DNA of 64,000 bases. It comes from an uncultured archaeon. Its GTDB lineage: Archaea; Thermoproteota; Nitrososphaeria; Nitrososphaerales; Gagatemarchaeaceae. Made by a program: the position numbers and the translations under genes. Each line of letters opens with the position of its first letter. Positions within the stretch are counted from its first letter, which is position 1. This document shows, piece by piece, positions 60,273-64,000 of the stretch. The notes under the pieces were generated by a model. The model had not been told where the DNA came from, did not search any database, and saw nothing but the letters and a program-made list of their open reading frames with translations. Where the stretch lies: contig CAWFOU010000007.1 in NCBI GenBank assembly GCA_963817525.1, positions 288,001 through 352,000 on the forward strand, in the 5' to 3' direction.

Positions 60273-61220
60273 ATGAACCTCATAGTGGGCGGGACGGGGT
60301 TCATAGGCGGGCACCTTGCCGAGTATTTCTTCCAGGAGGGAGAGATCTCGAAGGGGGTCTTCCGCAAGGGCTCGCACCTCAGGATAATGGACCAGTGCGG
60401 CATCCAGATGCTCGAGGCAGACCTGCTCCAGAGGGAGACGTTGCACGAGGCCGTGGACGGCGTCAACGTGATCTACAACCTCGCCTCCCCGACGCCCGAC
60501 CACGAGGGGCAGGGCGACTACCTCCCCCCGAATACGACAGGCCTGCGCAACCTCCTCGAGGAGGCGGAGGAGCACGGGGTGCAGGACTTTGTGCACCTGA
60601 GCACTCTCGACGTCTACGGGTTCAAGAAGAAGAGGATTGGCGCCTCGGAGGACGCGGTCGTCGGGACGCCGTCGCACCCCTACCAGAAGGCCAAGCTGCA
60701 GGCGGAGGCGGAGATCAGGGAGTTCTCCAAGAGGGCCGGGGAGATGCGGCTCAAGGTGGTCAGGGCGGCGAGGGCGACCGGCCCGCGCGACATCACGCTC
60801 GCGCTTCCCCTGCTGAAGATGATGGAGGGCGGCAGCATCGCCCTCCCGTCGGGGAGCGACTCGCAGATGTCGTTCTCGCACCCCAAGGACGTGGCGAAGG
60901 CCCTCTTCAGGGTCGCGACCTCGGGGGCTGGGGGGAAGGTCTACCAGGCAAAGTCGTTCGACGCCACAGCGGAGGAGCTGGCCAAGGGCGTGGCGGAGGC
61001 GTGCAAGAAGAAGGCCAATGTGAAGCGCGAGAACATCTTCTCCAGGACGGCCCTCCCACCGTACACCGTGAGCCAGATAAGGGCCGGGATGGTCCTCGAG
61101 AAGCAGGACTCGTGGGGGGCCATCTCCTACTCCCCGGACTACGACCTCAAGCGGACGTGCGCGGAGATAGCCGAGTGGCACGGAAAGGAGCCATGGCTGA
61201 CACAAAGCGGCCGGACATAG
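60273..61220 (+). CDS. NAD-dependent epimerase/dehydratase (extended SDR)
   Basis: GGTGFIG, HLST, YQKAK. Confidence 0.9.
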   Translation: MNLIVGGTGFIGGHLAEYFFQEGEISKGVFRKGSHLRIMDQCGIQMLEADLLQRETLHEAVDGVNVIYNLASPTPDHEGQGDYLPPNTTGLRNLLEEAEEHGVQDFVHLSTLDVYGFKKKRIGASEDAVVGTPSHPYQKAKLQAEAEIREFSKRAGEMRLKVVRAARATGPRDITLALPLLKMMEGGSIALPSGSDSQMSFSHPKDVAKALFRVATSGAGGKVYQAKSFDATAEELAKGVAEACKKKANVKRENIFSRTALPPYTVSQIRAGMVLEKQDSWGAISYSPDYDLKRTCAEIAEWHGKEPWLTQSGRT

Positions 61221-61897
61221 GCCCCATCCTCCGCGAGATCGCGAAGATGGTCCGCGAGACCAAGGACCCGAGGGCCACCGCCCTCTCCGAGCTCAAGGAC
61301 GCGGAGGACGGAGACCCCTTCAGGATACTCATCGGCACGATCCTCTCGCAGCGCACGCGCGACGAGAGGACGAGCCTCGCGACCGAGCAGCTCTTCAGGA
61401 GGTTCAAGGGGCCCACCGAGCTCTCCAGGGCCCGCGAGGCTGAGGTGAGGGAGCTGATCAGGCCCGTGGGCTTCTACAACATGAAGGCCAAGAGCGTCAT
61501 CAAGGTAGCGAAGAAGATCGTGGACGAGTTCGGGGGCAAGGTGCCCTCAGACATGGAGTCGCTCTTGTCGCTCCCCTCGGTGGGCCCTAAGACCGCGAAC
61601 TGCGTCCTCGTCTACGGGTTCGACAAGCCGGCGATCCCCGTGGACACGCACGTGCACCGCATATCAAACAGGCTCGGGCTGGTGGAGACCAAGACCCCCG
61701 AGCAGACCGAGGCGCAGCTCGTCAAGACGGTCCCTAGGCGCTACTGGCTGGAGCTCAACGAGCTCTTTGTGAGGTTCGGGCAGACGACGTGCAAGCCCGT
61801 GGGACCCAAGTGCTGGGAGTGCACGCTCAAGGCCAGGTGCAAGTACTACAGGGAGGTCGTGAGGCCGAAGCAGCTGGCGGTCGCGCGAGCGAGCTAG
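61193..61897 (+). CDS. nth: endonuclease III
   Basis: [15 protein letters not shown] (HhH), VDTHVHR, C-x6-C-x2-C-x5-C Fe-S motif. Confidence 0.95.
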   Translation: MADTKRPDIGPILREIAKMVRETKDPRATALSELKDAEDGDPFRILIGTILSQRTRDERTSLATEQLFRRFKGPTELSRAREAEVRELIRPVGFYNMKAKSVIKVAKKIVDEFGGKVPSDMESLLSLPSVGPKTANCVLVYGFDKPAIPVDTHVHRISNRLGLVETKTPEQTEAQLVKTVPRRYWLELNELFVRFGQTTCKPVGPKCWECTLKARCKYYREVVRPKQLAVARAS

Positions 61898-62436
61898 CCG
61901 GAAGCCTCGTCCTGGTACCTGCCGCTGTAGAGGCTCTTCGCTGGGGCCTCGTTCCTGATGAAGACGAGCTGGACGAGGGCCTCGTCCTTGTGGACCCTGG
62001 CGTCGATGGGCGTGAAGATGGTCTGCGTGGGCTCTCCCGAGTAGCCGCTGTCGAAGACCGCGCTCTCGAGCTTGATGATCCCGAGTCTGTTCACCGTGGA
62101 GCGGGGGAACGCAAACCCCGTGCAGTCCGCGGGTATCGTCACCTTGGGGAACCTCAGCTCGTAGAGGTTCCCCTTGACATAGTCGTAGAAGCCCTCCTCG
62201 TCCGGGCTCACGAGCTCCTTCACGTCCTTCACCTCTGGCTTCTGCGACTCGCGCCCCCTGGTGAGGGATGGCGCGACGTACCCCCTCTCCTCGCCGTGGA
62301 GGTAGATCTTGAAGCCCCGCGGGACCAGCTTGACCTCCTTGGGCGCGAGGTCCACGCCGTTGGGATTGACCTTCTTGTAGGAGGAGCAAGACTTCGCGAC
62401 CTCCTCGCCGCTGAGCACCGACACTGCGTCCGGCAC
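61894..62436 (-). CDS. dCTP deaminase/dUTPase family protein
   Basis: [29 protein letters not shown]. Confidence 0.88.
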   Translation of the reverse strand: MPDAVSVLSGEEVAKSCSSYKKVNPNGVDLAPKEVKLVPRGFKIYLHGEERGYVAPSLTRGRESQKPEVKDVKELVSPDEEGFYDYVKGNLYELRFPKVTIPADCTGFAFPRSTVNRLGIIKLESAVFDSGYSGEPTQTIFTPIDARVHKDEALVQLVFIRNEAPAKSLYSGRYQDEASG

Positions 62437-62471
62437 GACTGGGGCGGCCGATAAAAGCGAATCCCCGGGCT

Positions 62472-62636
62472 TCAGCGCTTCCTGTTCCAGAGGAGGGTCT
62501 TGCAGTTGTGGCAGACGATGCCCTCGAAGACCGCGCCCTTCTTGTCACGGACCGGCTCGACGCTCATCATCGTCCCGCCGCATGAGAGGCACTTGATGTC
62601 CGAGGGCGATTGCGAGACCTCTCCCCAGTTCATCAT
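62472..62636 (-). CDS. small zinc-ribbon protein
   Basis: CLSCGG...VCHNC. Confidence 0.55.
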   Translation of the reverse strand: MMNWGEVSQSPSDIKCLSCGGTMMSVEPVRDKKGAVFEGIVCHNCKTLLWNRKR

Positions 62637-62798
62637 AAAGTACGTGAGGAAAAGAGGCGATACGGTGGTGATCAACCCCATCTTGGCATCTCTGCGAATG
62701 ATGCCCCCGGGGTCGCCGTTTCTTGCGGGCAAGAACTGGCGCCAGAAGGGAAGCGCTATGGTTTAAACCTCGCCCAGGCCCGCCCACCCCAGACGGAC

Positions 62799-64000
62799 AT
62801 GGAGAAACTGTTCGAGAGGTCTGTGGAGGACGCAAAGAAGCTAGTCGACCTTACGGAGGACGACTACAGGCTCTTCGAGAGGGTCGAGGCGGCGTGCGAC
62901 GAGCTCGTCTTGCCCGAGTTCGAGAAGTACGTCGAGAGGAGGTTCAACGACAAGATACCCGAGGTGGTCAAGAAGCACCGCCTCATGGGGATCCCGATAT
63001 CAAAGAAGTACGGGGGAGAGGGCTCGAGACCCCTTGTTCACGCTCTGGCGCTGGAGAGGTTCGGGCAGCTCGGCCTGGGCGTCATCACGTACGTGGACGT
63101 CCACCAGGCGCTCGGGAGCCTCACGGTCCAGGAGTGGGGGAACGAGGAGCAGAAGCAGAGATACCTCACAAGGGCCGCTACCGGAGAGGTGGTCTTCGCG
63201 TACGCGCTGACAGAGCCGGAGGCGGGGAGCGACCCCTCGGCGCTAAAGTCGACGTTCAGGAAGGAGGGCAGCAGCTACTACGTGACCGGGTCCAAGTACT
63301 TGATCTCCAACGGGTCGGTGGCCAACAAGCTCATCGTGTTCGCGCTCCCCGAGGGGCAGCCCAAGGGCGTGACCGCGTTCCTCGTTGACAAGGACACCCC
63401 CGGGTTCTCCGTGGAGATGAGGATGGAGGAGAAGATGGGGCTCTTCACCTCGGACACCTCGCTGCTGACGCTCGACAACGTGAAGGTCGACAAGGAGGAC
63501 GTCCTCGGGGAGGAGGGCAAGGGCCTCTCGGTCGCGTACGCCGCACTCCTCAACGGGAGGATGGGGATCGCCTCGGGGTGCCTGGGTGTCATGGAGGACT
63601 GCATCAACCAGGTGAAGGAGAGGGTGACCTACAGGACCCAGTTCGGCAAGCCCATCGGGAAGCACCAGCTCATCCAGAGGCACATCGCGACGATGGTGGC
63701 CAACCTGGAGTCTTCTCGGTGGCTGGTCTACCAGGTCGCGCTGAAGAAGGAGGAGTACGACAACAACAGGGGGAACCTCGAGATGAGGACGGAGGTCGAC
63801 AGGGCGAGCGCCGTCGCCAAGTACGTCTCGTCGAGGGCCGCCTACAGCACCGCGGACGCCGCGGTCCAGTGCTTCGGCGGGTTCGGGTACTCCATCCTGT
63901 CGCCGGTGACGAAGCACCTGCTCGACACGCGCGTCGCCAGGATCTACGAGGGGACGGACGAGATCATGGAGCTCAAGATAGCCTCCACGGTGCTCGGCAG
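62799..64000 (+). CDS. acyl-CoA dehydrogenase (runs off window end; absent from ORF track)
   Basis: YALTEPEAGSD, GSKYLISNG, RTQFGKPI, FGGFGY, RIYEGTDEI. Confidence 0.93.
   Translation, partial: MEKLFERSVEDAKKLVDLTEDDYRLFERVEAACDELVLPEFEKYVERRFNDKIPEVVKKHRLMGIPISKKYGGEGSRPLVHALALERFGQLGLGVITYVDVHQALGSLTVQEWGNEEQKQRYLTRAATGEVVFAYALTEPEAGSDPSALKSTFRKEGSSYYVTGSKYLISNGSVANKLIVFALPEGQPKGVTAFLVDKDTPGFSVEMRMEEKMGLFTSDTSLLTLDNVKVDKEDVLGEEGKGLSVAYAALLNGRMGIASGCLGVMEDCINQVKERVTYRTQFGKPIGKHQLIQRHIATMVANLESSRWLVYQVALKKEEYDNNRGNLEMRTEVDRASAVAKYVSSRAAYSTADAAVQCFGGFGYSILSPVTKHLLDTRVARIYEGTDEIMELKIASTVLG

Noticed and set aside
1-64000. tRNA/rRNA genes or IS transposases
   Set aside because: No cloverleaf, rRNA signature, transposase ORF or terminal inverted repeat pair recognised by eye; tRNAscan-SE and Infernal were not run.

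Overview
This is GC-rich archaeal chromosomal DNA. The TFB paralog, HTH_45-type regulators, single-TRAM protein and F420-type oxidoreductase suggest Nitrososphaerota/Thaumarchaeota, but that assignment is inference. The window has four parts. (1) About 1-28 kb is a stress/regulatory region: a gas-vesicle operon (gvpA, Zn protein, gvpJ, gvpK fusion, gvpF/L, gvpG, gvpH) runs by ATGA overlap into a soluble histidine kinase, and nearby are a GvpD-like ATPase, two receiver-only regulators, a TFB paralog, glmS, GT4/HAD/MscS genes and several micro zinc-finger genes. (2) About 28-41 kb holds metabolic and transport genes, including a CoxMSL-like molybdoenzyme and a voltage-sensor-CorA fusion. (3) 41127-55826 is two tandem integrated elements at the 3' end of glnA, delimited by three copies of the glnA terminal codons (core ATGTCGAAGT) with flanking palindromes. 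The 12.8-kb element carries a tyrosine integrase and the best candidate for a new system: a viperin co-oriented with an ApeA-like HEPN protein and an HNH protein, divergent from a CARF-wHTH regulator. The 1.85-kb element lacks an integrase and carries an AbrB/VapC toxin-antitoxin pair and an MBL-fold gene. (4) 55.8-64 kb is housekeeping (glnA, Lrp, TauE, nth, dCTP deaminase/dUTPase, acyl-CoA dehydrogenase). About ten single-base frameshifts at short runs probably reflect sequencing indels. No rRNA, tRNA or CRISPR array was recognised. All family assignments are by eye from motifs; no searches were run.
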